From contig JAGIQG010000019.1 in assembly GCA_024679065.1 (NCBI GenBank), forward strand, positions 16,492,001 to 16,556,000: a DNA stretch of 64,000 nt, written 5' to 3'. A model generated the notes under the pieces. The model did not search any database. It had not been told where the DNA came from and was given only the letters and a program-made list of their open reading frames with translations. This document shows positions 26,501-38,500 of the stretch, one piece after another (the stretch's first letter is position 1; each line of letters opens with the position of its first letter). This DNA is from Sphyrna mokarran. Taxonomy: Eukaryota. A program made the translations under genes and the position numbers.

Positions 26501-29500
26501 AAAATGTCCGCCGTTTTTTTAGGCAAACTTACCAGAGCGAATGCTCAACGCTCTGAACGCTGCCAAGTGACTCAGTGTGATTCTCCCTAGAAAATAGGGG
26601 GCAGGGCCGATTCCCACCTGAGAGGCCAACAGCATAGTGCTGAGTGGGCTTCTGTGCATATATCATTCTATCAGTGTGGAGATTGGCACATGTGCAGAGG
26701 CTCTCCCCACCCACCTATTGCTGACCTCCCGATCGTTGGCCTACCGACCCCCTATAATTCTACAAAACTGTGAATCTGTAGTGGAAAGCTTGCCATTCGT
26801 GTAGAAGGAAAAGCCTTTTATATTGTGGAGAATTCACCAGCTGGAAATCGGTGAAAGAATTTTCAAACTTGTAGTGAGTTTTAATTTAATGCACTTTTAA
26901 TTTGTGTAATAATTAATATTTCTTTTGAAACTGCCACAACACTATTCCAATTCAAAATTCTGTGCTGTGATTGTAAGTAAATTCTCTCCTCTTCAGAAAA
27001 AACAACTTCAACAACAGTGCCCACCACCACATCTCTGTCTACCGCCAGTTCCACAATTGGTGAGTCAAGTTTTCTATCGATGAACATTTTCCTTCCTTCA
27101 TTCAGTATTTTTAGCTATAAACTCAATTACTTCCTCCTTCAATATCTTTCTCTTTTTCGTTTTTGACTAATGTATAATCATTTTATCTCAATGCAAGTAG
27201 ATTGTCATCTTGTGAAAGTCTATTTAAACACATTTAGGAATTACATTGGAGAACTGTAATTTTGAATATTATTAATTGTTTTCAGAGGTAACAACTACAA
27301 CAGTGCCACCAATTACAACTGGCTCCACTAGTGGTACCACAACTAGTAAGTGATGGTTTTTTCATTATATAATGACAAGGTGTTACAGGTGAAAGAGGTA
27401 AACTTATATAATGCAGGATCCTCTCTGAATGGTCACTTCTTGTAACAGTTTTCAAACCCTTTCGAGAACTCTTTGAATTTGTCTTTTAGTTTGTGATTCT
27501 GTTGGAACTGTCTCAATATGATCCTGATCACAATTATTCTGTATTATTTTGATTGTCTTCAGAAGAAACAACAGTGACATCTAGGCTGACTACTGCTAGT
27601 TCTACAACTGGTGAGTGAGGTCATCTATTCATGAACATGAAACATTCTCCGAACTGTTTCAATTCTTTCTCTGCTTCAACCCAATTACTCCTTGTTTGAG
27701 CACTTTGGCCTTTGTATTGTTTGAGTGATGCACTATTGTTTGACTGATGTATTGTAAATTTGCACTTATTAGCATATACTTACCCAGCACAAGTCACATC
27801 ATCATACAGTGAAATTACATAATTATGAATTGTCAGAATGTTTGATTTTTGAATATCTTCACTGTTTTCCAGAAGAAACAACAACAGTTTCACTAACAAC
27901 AACAACAACTGGCTCAACCATTGGCACCACAACTGGTGAGTAATGTCTTTTTCTCATTCTACACTAGGAACAACTTTAAAATAAGGCACTCTTTTCAACT
28001 TCAGCTCCCTCTCAATAGAAGCTTATCACTCCATTTTGTTCATGCCTGATCCATTCCTTCTGAAAGAGGTAATGTAAAACTACACTCGATGAGGGCGATT
28101 CTCCCATCCCGCAAGTGTTTTTGAAGCAGGGGGATGGGAGAATCGTGTGATGGCCATTTTGCAGGGTTCGCGCATGAGTTCCCGATGCATGCACGTCTCC
28201 TGAACCAGAGAGTGGTTGCAGTCGATACCGCACTAGAAACCGGTGGGAAGAGAGGTAAGTGATTTTAATCTGTTTTAAATGTCATTATTGGGCCCAGCAC
28301 AGAACTTGCCAGATCTGACAGCATCTCCCACCTTGCCAGGAGTATTTCACCCCAGAGGGGGTTAGAGTATCTCCCTATGTGTGGAACTGTCTGGAGATCC
28401 TGCTGGAGTGAAGGGGGCAATTACACCCCCCCCCACCCCACGCATGGGGGAGTTCAGAGGGCAGGGAGTGGTGCTCCCTGTTCAGGAGCATCCTGGCAGT
28501 GCCAGCCTATGCCCTAACACTGCCCAAGAGGCAAAGTGTCCATGCCAAGGGGGACACCAGACATTGAGCAGTGCCAAGGGAGCAAAGTTTTAGGGGGTGG
28601 TTGGTGGGGGTCCCATTGCCACTGTGCATGGGGATTGGTCTGGGCAGGAGGGAGGCCAGTGATTGGAGTGAGCTGGGGAGGGTCTGCCCCCTCCTGTTGT
28701 GGGGAGGGGGGAGGGGAGGTGTCTTCTGCAGTGGGGGAGAATCGCCACTGCTGTATTGGGGTGGGCTGGACATCGGGGCGCTCCTGGACGTGGGTGGGGA
28801 TGGTTGGAGCTCGCCCAGGAATTGTCATGGGGGCTGCGATTGGCCATGAGAAGGCGCTGGAAAGGCAGCAGTGTGAGGGTCTCGGGCTGGCCAGCAATTG
28901 AGCTGGTCAGCAATGGGAAGACTGTCTGATCGGAGCCACTGCGCATACGCAGAGTTCTAGAACAGTCAAACACGGGCGCAAATAGGCCCTATCCCTCCCT
29001 GGGTTGTTAACGATATTCACGATTGGGATCTCTGTGTTGCACAGAGTGCAGAGATTCGAGTCTGAAGCTGCACTGAATAAACAGTTGTGATCTAGACTAG
29101 CTTTTCTGCCAATTCAGCACTTGCGCTTGCTCCCCCGTATTTCATCGTCATTTTTGCTGAACTGGTGTAGTTTCCACTTATGTTGATACACCGCAAGAAC
29201 AGCAAAGGAATTGTGTTGGTTACCTTGTTAATCTTGTACTATAACAATGATTCTACACCTGGTGTCAAGATTTACTGTGTGCTCTGTATAACACGAGAAA
29301 TATGGGCACAGGTTTTGCCGTGCAGTTCATGGCAATCACTTGAAATGTACACATCCGCCCATGCCATTTTCAATACAAACGTCCATGTTACCCTTGCGCA
29401 TTCCCTTACTGCTCTCTCGTCCCTCTCTTTGAGTGCTCTGACTGGTCGCTGCAGCATGGTTGGCAGAATGCTGCTGAGATTCAGTGGAAGAGTTGGTCTT

Positions 29501-32500
29501 GAAAGACTAGTGCAGGAAGGTTCATCATGTACATCAATAATATGGGCTGAGTATCTGACAGGCTATGGAGGGAGCACCACGTGGCAAAGGTGGATGAATC
29601 CTATCATTCCGAGAAAGAGTAGCAGGCTCATACACAAGGATGACTGTCAGTAATTTGGAGTGTTGTCTCAGCAATCCTACTAATTGACCCGACCATAGTT
29701 TTCTGCACTGCTGAGAGAACACGGAAGCCCCTTTTATACTCTGATATTTGCAGCCATGGTGTCTGGCATCTCAGTGCTCTAGAATGAATGCAGGTTTTTT
29801 GACAGGCCTGCTGGTGCACCGAGCATTGCACTGTGAACAGCCTCCGCCTCCTTCTGCAAGTCACCCCATCAAAATCCTCAACCGTGTCCTCTGCTGAACT
29901 TGGAGGTGGGCAACTGCACTCCCTTTGTCCCCTGTCCTGACTTCAGGCCACTCTGACTCAGCGTCTCACCAATTGCAGATGCTGCCTCTAAGCTTCCTTC
30001 TAAACTGTATGTACTGCCAGTATCTGAGCAGGTGGCTGTGTATATGAGAGTGAGTGCTGATGCTGCTTCTTCCTTTTCTGGTCCCGCCACTATCGATGGG
30101 GTTTCTAGTAGCGTCAAGAGAGAAGCAACAGACATGGGATGGAGATGTTCATGACTCTTGTCTCTAGATGTTTGTTTTGAGTTAAAAGCAGGAAAGTTGA
30201 ATTTTTAGCTACAGGTGTCTTTTTTTTTGTACTCTCTCTTAGTCTCTGCTGATCTGTACTTATTTATTGATGTCTGCATTACACTCTTGTTATTAGGATC
30301 AAAATTTGTGTGCACCAAAGTATGCCAAAAGGCTGCACTTATTTGGATTCCCACTTTCCCAAATCATAAAACCATAAGGCCATATGATATAGGAGAAGAA
30401 TTAGGCCATTAAGCCCATCAAATCTGCTCCAATCATTCAATCATGGCTGATAAATTTCTCAACCCATTCTTCTGCTTTTTCCTCGTAAACTTTTATTTCC
30501 TTGCCTATCAAGAACCTATCTATCTCTGTCTTAAATGCACTAACTGACTTGGCCTCCACAGCCTTCTGTGACAATGAATTCTACAGATTCATCATTCCCT
30601 GGCTGAAAAAAATTCCTCATCTCCATTCTAAAGGGTAGTCCTTTTATTCTGAGACTACACCCTTCCCCACATCAGCTTTATCCAGGTCTTGCAGTATTCT
30701 CCAGGTTTCAATGAGATTTACCTCTCCCCACCCCCAATCCTTCTAAATTTCATCGAGTACAGGCTTAGAATCCTCAAAGGTTCCTCACACATAAAGCCTT
30801 TCATTCCTGGATCATTCTCATGAACCTTCTCTGGACCCTCTCCAAGGCCAGGTACAGAGGCCCAAAATTAAATTGTGTCCAATCAAAACCTTACTCTTAA
30901 TAGCATTTTTCTTGTATCAGTAAAGAGAATATATATATACGCATTTAAGTTTCAAAGGAGAGCTGCAGCCAAGATGTTATAATTTCTTATTTTCTGATCA
31001 CATCTATGGCTCATAAAATGAGCCTCAGGACAATACTGATCATTAAATTTCACAAATGTAGTGTTAAACTACTGATAGGAGATATGCTCCAAAATTATTT
31101 GAATTTTTAAATATAATTGTCATTTCATAACTTTGCAGATGAAACAAAATGAATCAAAATGAGCTTTTGAAAACATCACAGAATTATTTTTATTTTGTAT
31201 GAAGATAATTGTTATGTTTTCCTTTTATTTTGCAGCTATTCCTTGCAATGGTATCTGGTCAGGCTGGATTAATAATCACACTCCATCCCTTCCAACTGAC
31301 ACTACAGACTATGAACCACTGGATCCAGTTCGTAACTATGTGTGTAAGTCTGCCACAGACCAGATTACTAATGTCCATTGCGAAGCAGTCAGGTTCCCTG
31401 GATATCCATTCAATCATACTGGAGACAGTGTGACATGTGACATGCAGAAGGGATTGGTATGCCACCAGCCAGCTCCTGATGCCTTTATCTGTATGGACTA
31501 CAGGATTAGAGTTTGCTGTCAGCCAAGCAAAAGCACAACCCCTCCAATCTCAACTACAACTGTTTCCACAACTACCACACCCGAAGAATGTTTCTGTGAT
31601 TCAAACCCATCACGGAAGGTAATCAAATTCCATCTAATTTCTGACATGTAATGTAACACTTGAGAACAACTATGTTTAAAATAAGTGGACTGCTTTCTTT
31701 TACACAGCATGTTTGGTGCTGCACATTCCACATCTTCTCTATCCATTGTCACAGCTTGTTCACACCCTCAGTGACCTATCTAACCTGCAACTGAGGCTTT
31801 CCCATCCATCATTAACAAAATTATTCATTTCAGCACGGTAGCACAGTGATTAGCACTACTGCTTTATCACAGCTTCAGGGATCTGGGTTTGATTCCTGGC
31901 TCAGGTCACTGTCTGTGTGAAATTTGCATATTCTCCCCCTGCGTGGGTTTCCTCTGGGTGCTCTGGTTTCCTTCCACAGTTCAAAGATATGCGGGTTAGG
32001 TTGATTGGCTGTGCTAAAATTGCCCCTTAGTGTCCTGAGATGCGTAGGTTAGAGGGATTATGGGTAAATGTGTAGGGATATGGAGGTAGGGCCTGAATGG
32101 GATTGTGGTCAGTGCAGACTCAGGGGGCCAAAGGGCCTCTTGCTGCACTACAGGGTTCTATGATTCTATTCTCACCTGAAATGCCTTTGATTCAACTCTT
32201 GGTTATCGAAACTCTCATCCAGGCTCTAGGCTTGACTCTTTCAATACTATCCTGAATGGTCTCTGATCATCCACCTTTTATAAATCTGAGCTCAAGAGAT
32301 ATATACCCCCTGAGACTTGCTCACCAAACATCCCTGTGATTGAGGACCCTATGTTGGCTCTTGCTTCACCAATGCCTCAATGATACATTTTTCACCTTCA
32401 TATTCAAATTCCCTCCTGATAAATCACTTCCCATCACCACCTCCAGCTCTGCAACAATTTGCAATCTTCTCATTTCCCCAACTCTTGTCTGTGACATAAC

Positions 32501-35500
32501 CACAATCCCTTCATCCCATCTTCACCTGCCTGGATCCCAGCTGGGACTCCCCAAAGCAAAACTAAGTGTGAAAATGGGAGTTTTTCCTGTCCATTCTTTG
32601 GGCATGTGTACCAGAATAGATCTCTGGCATTGCAAGCATTGCACATTGCCTAAGAGTGACCTCCTCTGATAAATAGGGAGGTGGAGTCTATTCCTGCCCG
32701 AGACACTGGCAGCATAATGCTGAGTGGGTTATTGCGTGTGTGCCGGTATGTCAGTGCAGAGATAGGTGCGTGCACGAGGGACCCCTCCATTGTCAGCTTC
32801 CCGCTAATCCTCAAGGAATCTTGCACTAGATCATTGTCCTGGCCTGCACCCCCTGATCACTGGCTTTCCATACTGCGCACCCCTCCTCCCCTCAACTGCC
32901 TCATCCCTGGCCTTCTAGACCACCCCTCCCAATACCTGATCCCTGGCCTTCCAGGCTTCCACCCCCAAACCCCCAATCCCTAAGTTTACAGACCCCCCTT
33001 GCCCTGGCCAACCTGATCTCCCACCTCACCATGGCCAGCCCCAAATGCCTCATCCCTTCCTCCCCCACCAATCCCAATTGCAGAGTGGCAGCAAGTTTCC
33101 TCCCCTCTACCCCTCCCCAACAACTGATTGGTGGACAGTGCCAGTTTGCTCCTTGGGCAATGTCAGCTTGGCATCCTGGCACTGCCTAAAGGGCACCCTC
33201 ACTTGCTTCTGATCTCATATAGGGAGGGGAGGCCTTAATAGGCTTTGTTTCCATTAATGGGGTTCAGGATACCTGTTCCCTGTTAATGAGGAACAGTTGC
33301 AAACCCCACTAGGAAGAACTACTCTCAAGAGTGGGGGGAGGGAGGTGGGGGAGACATTGGCGGGCCTGAGGACTATCATCCCATGTCTGCCAATCATATG
33401 GAAATTTCTATGATCTGAAGATTGTGCTGAAAAAAAGCACTTGACAGACTTGTAACTGCCATTATGTTAGTTACGAACTTCACTAAAGGCCCCATGTTCT
33501 GAAATCATGACCATGTCTCCTCAATCTCCTTGATAAGAGCCTCACTAAAGCTTACATCTTCAACAAAACTAATATTAATCCCTCCTGATATCATTGTCAA
33601 CTTTTGCTCAATGGCGTTTCTCTTGTGCAGCATCTTGAGGGTCATTTTTCTCGACCAAAGGTACTTCAAATGTGCATGTTGTGAGTAGTGCAGTTGCTGT
33701 ATTGTGGAAGCAATGCCACTTGAATGCTTACTCCCTCCGCAAGCAAAAATATAGCCCAATCCATCATGCAAACCAGCCTCCCATCCACTTATTCTATCTA
33801 CACTTCCTCCTGCCTTGGCAAAGCAATCACCATAATTAAGGATCCCACGCAATCTGGACATTCTCTCTTCCACCTTCTCCCTTCCAGAAAAAGATACAAA
33901 AGTCCGAGGTCACGTACCAACCAATTTTGGTATGTGACCTCATTTTTCTGTACACCCTAGCTATGATTATAACACTACATTCTGCATTTTCTCATTTACT
34001 TATCCATGAACAGTATGCTTTGTCTATAAGAAACAATACTTTTCACTATATATTAGTACATGTGATAATAATAAATCAAATCAAATCACAATCATCTCTT
34101 AAACTCACTCAAAGCTACACAGATAGGAGATCCTGGCTTTTGGCCCTAAAACTGCCTACCTCCTAATGTTTGAATCTTCCATCTTGCTTCTCTGCAACTT
34201 TGTTGTCACCCCCTATTGATAGTGAATAGGCCTATCAAATTAGGAAACATTGATACTTGTGCTTCCTGTGTATCTCATTGAACTGACGAAGGTCCTTGTT
34301 TGATTTATGTGTTCCACTTCACCATGGCATGTTCGATAAAACCCAAGTACTAATATAGCGATCACAATAGTTGTTTTCCAAGATTCACTTCATAATGTGT
34401 GGCACAAAGGAATCATAGAAACCTAATTAATGTGATGCCAAGGCTTCTTTGAATTGTTGTGTTTAAACACTCGGATAGGAATTGTTTCTCTTTTCTCACA
34501 ATAACGTGAAAATGACAACTGGACAATTCAGCTAATTGGAATGCTTGCTAATATATTCATTTGTTTGCTACTCTTTCCTAGTGCAACGAAACATGGCGAG
34601 AAGGCTGTACAACCTTTACTTGTGTTATAAAGCAAACATATAAAATTACAAATGTCGCCTGTGAAAAACCTGTAAAACCTATATGTTACAGTGGGTCACT
34701 GCCCGTCAGTATTACAACAGAAGATGGTTGCTGTTCAACATGGGACTGTAACTGTAGGTACCTTTCATTCCAATAAGAAAGATATTTGCATCAGTTGTGA
34801 TTTTTTTTTTTTGTCTGCAACTAAATTGAAATTTCTTTTTAATTTTAGGTGAATGTCAACTATGGGGAAATGATCATTACCGTACCTTTGATGGGCTGTC
34901 CTATAATTTCCATGACAATTGCACATATGCACTTGTGCAAGAAATAGTGCCAAGATACAATTTTTCTGTGATACTTGACAATTATCATTGTGTTCCACAA
35001 ATACACAATTATTGCCCCAAAAAGTTAATTATTAACTACAATGGAAACGTTATCTGTTTTACAACTGGGAGAACACCCATAGTAAGTATTGATGTGTCTT
35101 CAGACATTCAGAGTAGCGTTAAATGGTTATTAATCAGTATCAAGATTTTGATTTTGTTCAATTATTATTTCACTAAACAAAGTTTGATGTTTGTAAAGCT
35201 AACCCAGTCAGTTCTGAGAATTGTGTTCATAGTTCTCATCGATTGCCCAGGTGAAGTTGATAAAAGATTCATCCCCATGGTAGCTTTAAGGCTGCCAGCT
35301 GAATTTTTGAGCCCACATATGCCATCTGTGGGAATGACGACTTGTGCCCAAAGTTCAGAGAATATGATTCTTGCCAGAGAGTTTCTAAGTTCAGATCTTG
35401 CTGCTGCTGCCACCACCAACCCCTGCCCTCCCCAGCGGAATAGAATGAAACACACTGTGGGACCTCAAAAAACCCATTTTAATACATTAGCATGCCATTA

Positions 35501-38500
35501 GCAATGATCATCTACGGAACTTCACCCCCTGCCTCTGCCCTATCAGTTCCACCAGATATTCAACGGGATGTGAACCTGGCACCATGTCCATGCCAACCTG
35601 CTAATAGTTGTTGATGAAGGTGGGGTGGTGTCTATGATCAAGGGGTGGAGGCAGGGGGAAATCCCTCTGAGACTTCCATGGAGGGCTGAGTGTGTGGAGG
35701 CAGTGATTTACTCAGGTCCTGATCAGAGTCCCTGATTGCTGTGCATCCAGGTTTTGCCCGTTTGAGGCCCCACCTCCCTGTATGATGGTTTGAAACATGT
35801 TGCCCCCCCCTTTTTTTTTGGCAAGTGCAGTAGAATCTTGCCAGAAATACCACTCTGTCATTTTTTGTTTTGATAAGATTTCACCCGGTGTCTTGGTGGG
35901 CTGAACTCTAAGTGGATTTGGATCCATAGCTCAAAGGTGTACGATGGGGACATCACTGAGATGCCCTCTTCGTATCAGACGGAATTTTTAATGGAATCCC
36001 TGGTCTGATTCAGTGGCGTGATCTTTCTGGATTGTGATGAATATATGTGTGCATAAAGTTAACTCTGTGCTGCATCCATCCATTGCTTTTTGCCTGCATG
36101 CGTAATTACCAACACTGAAAGCCACAAGTAAATAGATTACAATACTGACAACCCTTACATCACATTTTTAAACATCTGTGCTACAGATTACTCTAGTTTT
36201 ACTATTCATTATCTCTTCTATTTTAACTCAAATTAGAAATATGGAAAAGGCTAAATTGGATAACCTCCCCCCCCCCCCAAAAAAAAAACAGGCATGGGAA
36301 TTGCAATGCATAATTAACCTGACCTCTTTACAGTGTTTGAATTTTAAGCCATCATTTATCAGCTGCTGGTGAGCTGCTAGTATCAGTAAGGAGCTCAAAA
36401 TGATAACTGCCTAACATTTCTTAAAGCTGGCCTACTCCTCTTGAAGAGGCATTGCATTGTTGTCACATCAGGTGCAGGTTTCAGTGTTCTCATTGAATCA
36501 CAGATGTCTTTTATGTTGCTCCACGTTGGAGTTCATGTAGGAGAATTCTTCCCTGAACATCCTAATGTCCAGCTTTTATTTTAAACACCTTCCAAGCATT
36601 CAAGTTTATTGAGACAAACAAGGACAGTAATTCAACAATTTCTTTAGCACTTCTAGTATCAACTCAAACATAAAAACTTGCAACTCTTTATTGAATGTTA
36701 ATTCTTAACTGCATATTAACTTTAGCTGAATATCAACTTTATTTACTGAAAATAGATACTGCTGACTTTAGGCAAACCATTGGCAAAGAAATATCCTTGA
36801 TGTATCCTTGATCCTTCTTCTCTGAAGCATCCTTCAGGCTACAGATCCTTTCGTGATGGTTGGTCTCTGAGTTTTGACAATTCTCCACTTGCTTCTGGAA
36901 GACTCTCTGTCATCCAGCCAATGAATTGATTGGAAACTCCAATGGGCCATCAAACATATCAAGAATAGTGACACTGGTCATTCCAGACCCATAATATTTA
37001 AGGCCCTTAAGTGCATTTTGTTTACATTCCAGTGCCTAGGTAAGGAACATTGTGTCCAAACAATGTAAAGAATTCTTTCCTACCAAGGACAAACTGTTAA
37101 GTCTAACACCTTGTGTCCTCCAGGTTCCAGGTCACATGAAATCTTAGCATAGTGAAAAAATAACTTTCACCAAAAATCAGATTTGCTTGATTGAAGATAT
37201 TTCGGCATATTAAAAACCTGCAGATCATCAGCCATAATCCTAAGTTGGATGTAGTCTCTCGCTGAAAGTCCTTCTCCTCTTCCTTCTCCTTCCTCTTCTA
37301 ATAGTTTGTCCTATTCTATACTACCTCTGCCTCTGGTCATTTCTCATTCATGACCAACAAGGTGCATGGATTCGGCAGGTCATGCGAGGGCTGCTCTTGG
37401 ATGTTGCTTCAGGAGTGGCCTAGTGCTTCACGTCGTTAGTGTATGCTTAAACGGGACCATCTGATGGGCAACATGACAGCTCAGAGACTATCGCTGTTGC
37501 TGTGCAAACACATGGATTTGGGCCTGTGTCTGCGGGAGTTTGCACATTCTCCCCGTGGTTGCGTGGGTTTTCTCCGGGTGCTCCGGTTTCCTCCCACATC
37601 CCAAAAATGTGCTCTTAGGCTGATTGGGTAACAAATTGTCCCTATATGGGAATTTTCCACAATAGGCATAGCCTAAAGTCATGGATATGTCATTAAGACT
37701 TTAGGACGGCGGTGCGGGCTCGTTGGGCCGAAGGGCCTGTTTCCTGTGCTGTGTTGCTCTTTATTCTTTGTTCTTGTTCTTTGAGCTAATCCAAGGGCAA
37801 ATCAGCTCTGGGCCAGTTTGTGCAGAAGTCTAAAGTCAGCAAAAAAAAACCTTTCAGACTTGCCATGCTGTTCATCTGGCAGTAAGGATACTCTAATAGC
37901 AAACAATAAAAGAACTTCACAGAGTTAAATCAAACTAAATGTTTCATAAAGAAACTTCATTACGCCACCACTTGGGCCACATCCTGGGCTACAAATGCGA
38001 CCCACAATCCCATTTGTTCTCTATTTGTACCCAGTCAGCTGACCACCACATCATTTTGCTATTGGTTACATTATAACTCACACCACACCAGGTAAACTGT
38101 TGCAAGTCAAAGCAAGTATGAAAGGCCAATACTTTGAGTTAAAGCAGCCTGCAAGAATAGCCTATAGAAATCAACCAAAAGTACACTTTAAGTAATTGGT
38201 GATTCTTTAACATTGTGCTGCTGTGAGGGATCCAAGGATGTTTGTCCCACCATTTGACTTTACAGTCAGATGTACGAGGCTAAGAAAGGTATTGACTGGA
38301 GTGTCCAAATAGTACTGTTGGCATCAAATTAACATTACACACAGATTGAAGTCACAAATGTCCTGCTGTGCATGCATCTCATGGATGTTAGCTGTGGTGT
38401 CTGGTGCAATTTTTGGTAAAAGTATACGCATATACATTCAACACAGTTTCGGTGCCCTAACAGCAACCATAGCACCAAAACACTAGGCAATAGAGTCCAA

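Noticed and set aside
2474-27935. Regularly recurring ~60-bp motifs as a CRISPR-like array
   Set aside because: Eukaryotic context. The motifs have GT-AG boundaries and Thr/Ser codons, and the intervening sequences are long repeated introns, not unique spacers.
28381-28973. Cluster of overlapping ORFs on both strands
   Set aside because: GC-rich transposon interior with few stop codons; low-complexity translations.
31831-31905. tRNA gene
   Set aside because: The A/B boxes continue into the V-SINE body and LINE-type tail; this is a SINE head with no complete cloverleaf.
34935-35501. 188-aa ORF as a separate gene
   Set aside because: Only the part up to 35081 is the VWD exon; the rest is intron read-through past a gtaagt donor.
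36460-38000. Possible solo LTR or endogenous retrovirus remnant
   Set aside because: No paired LTR, primer-binding site, target duplication or coding motif that I could verify by eye.
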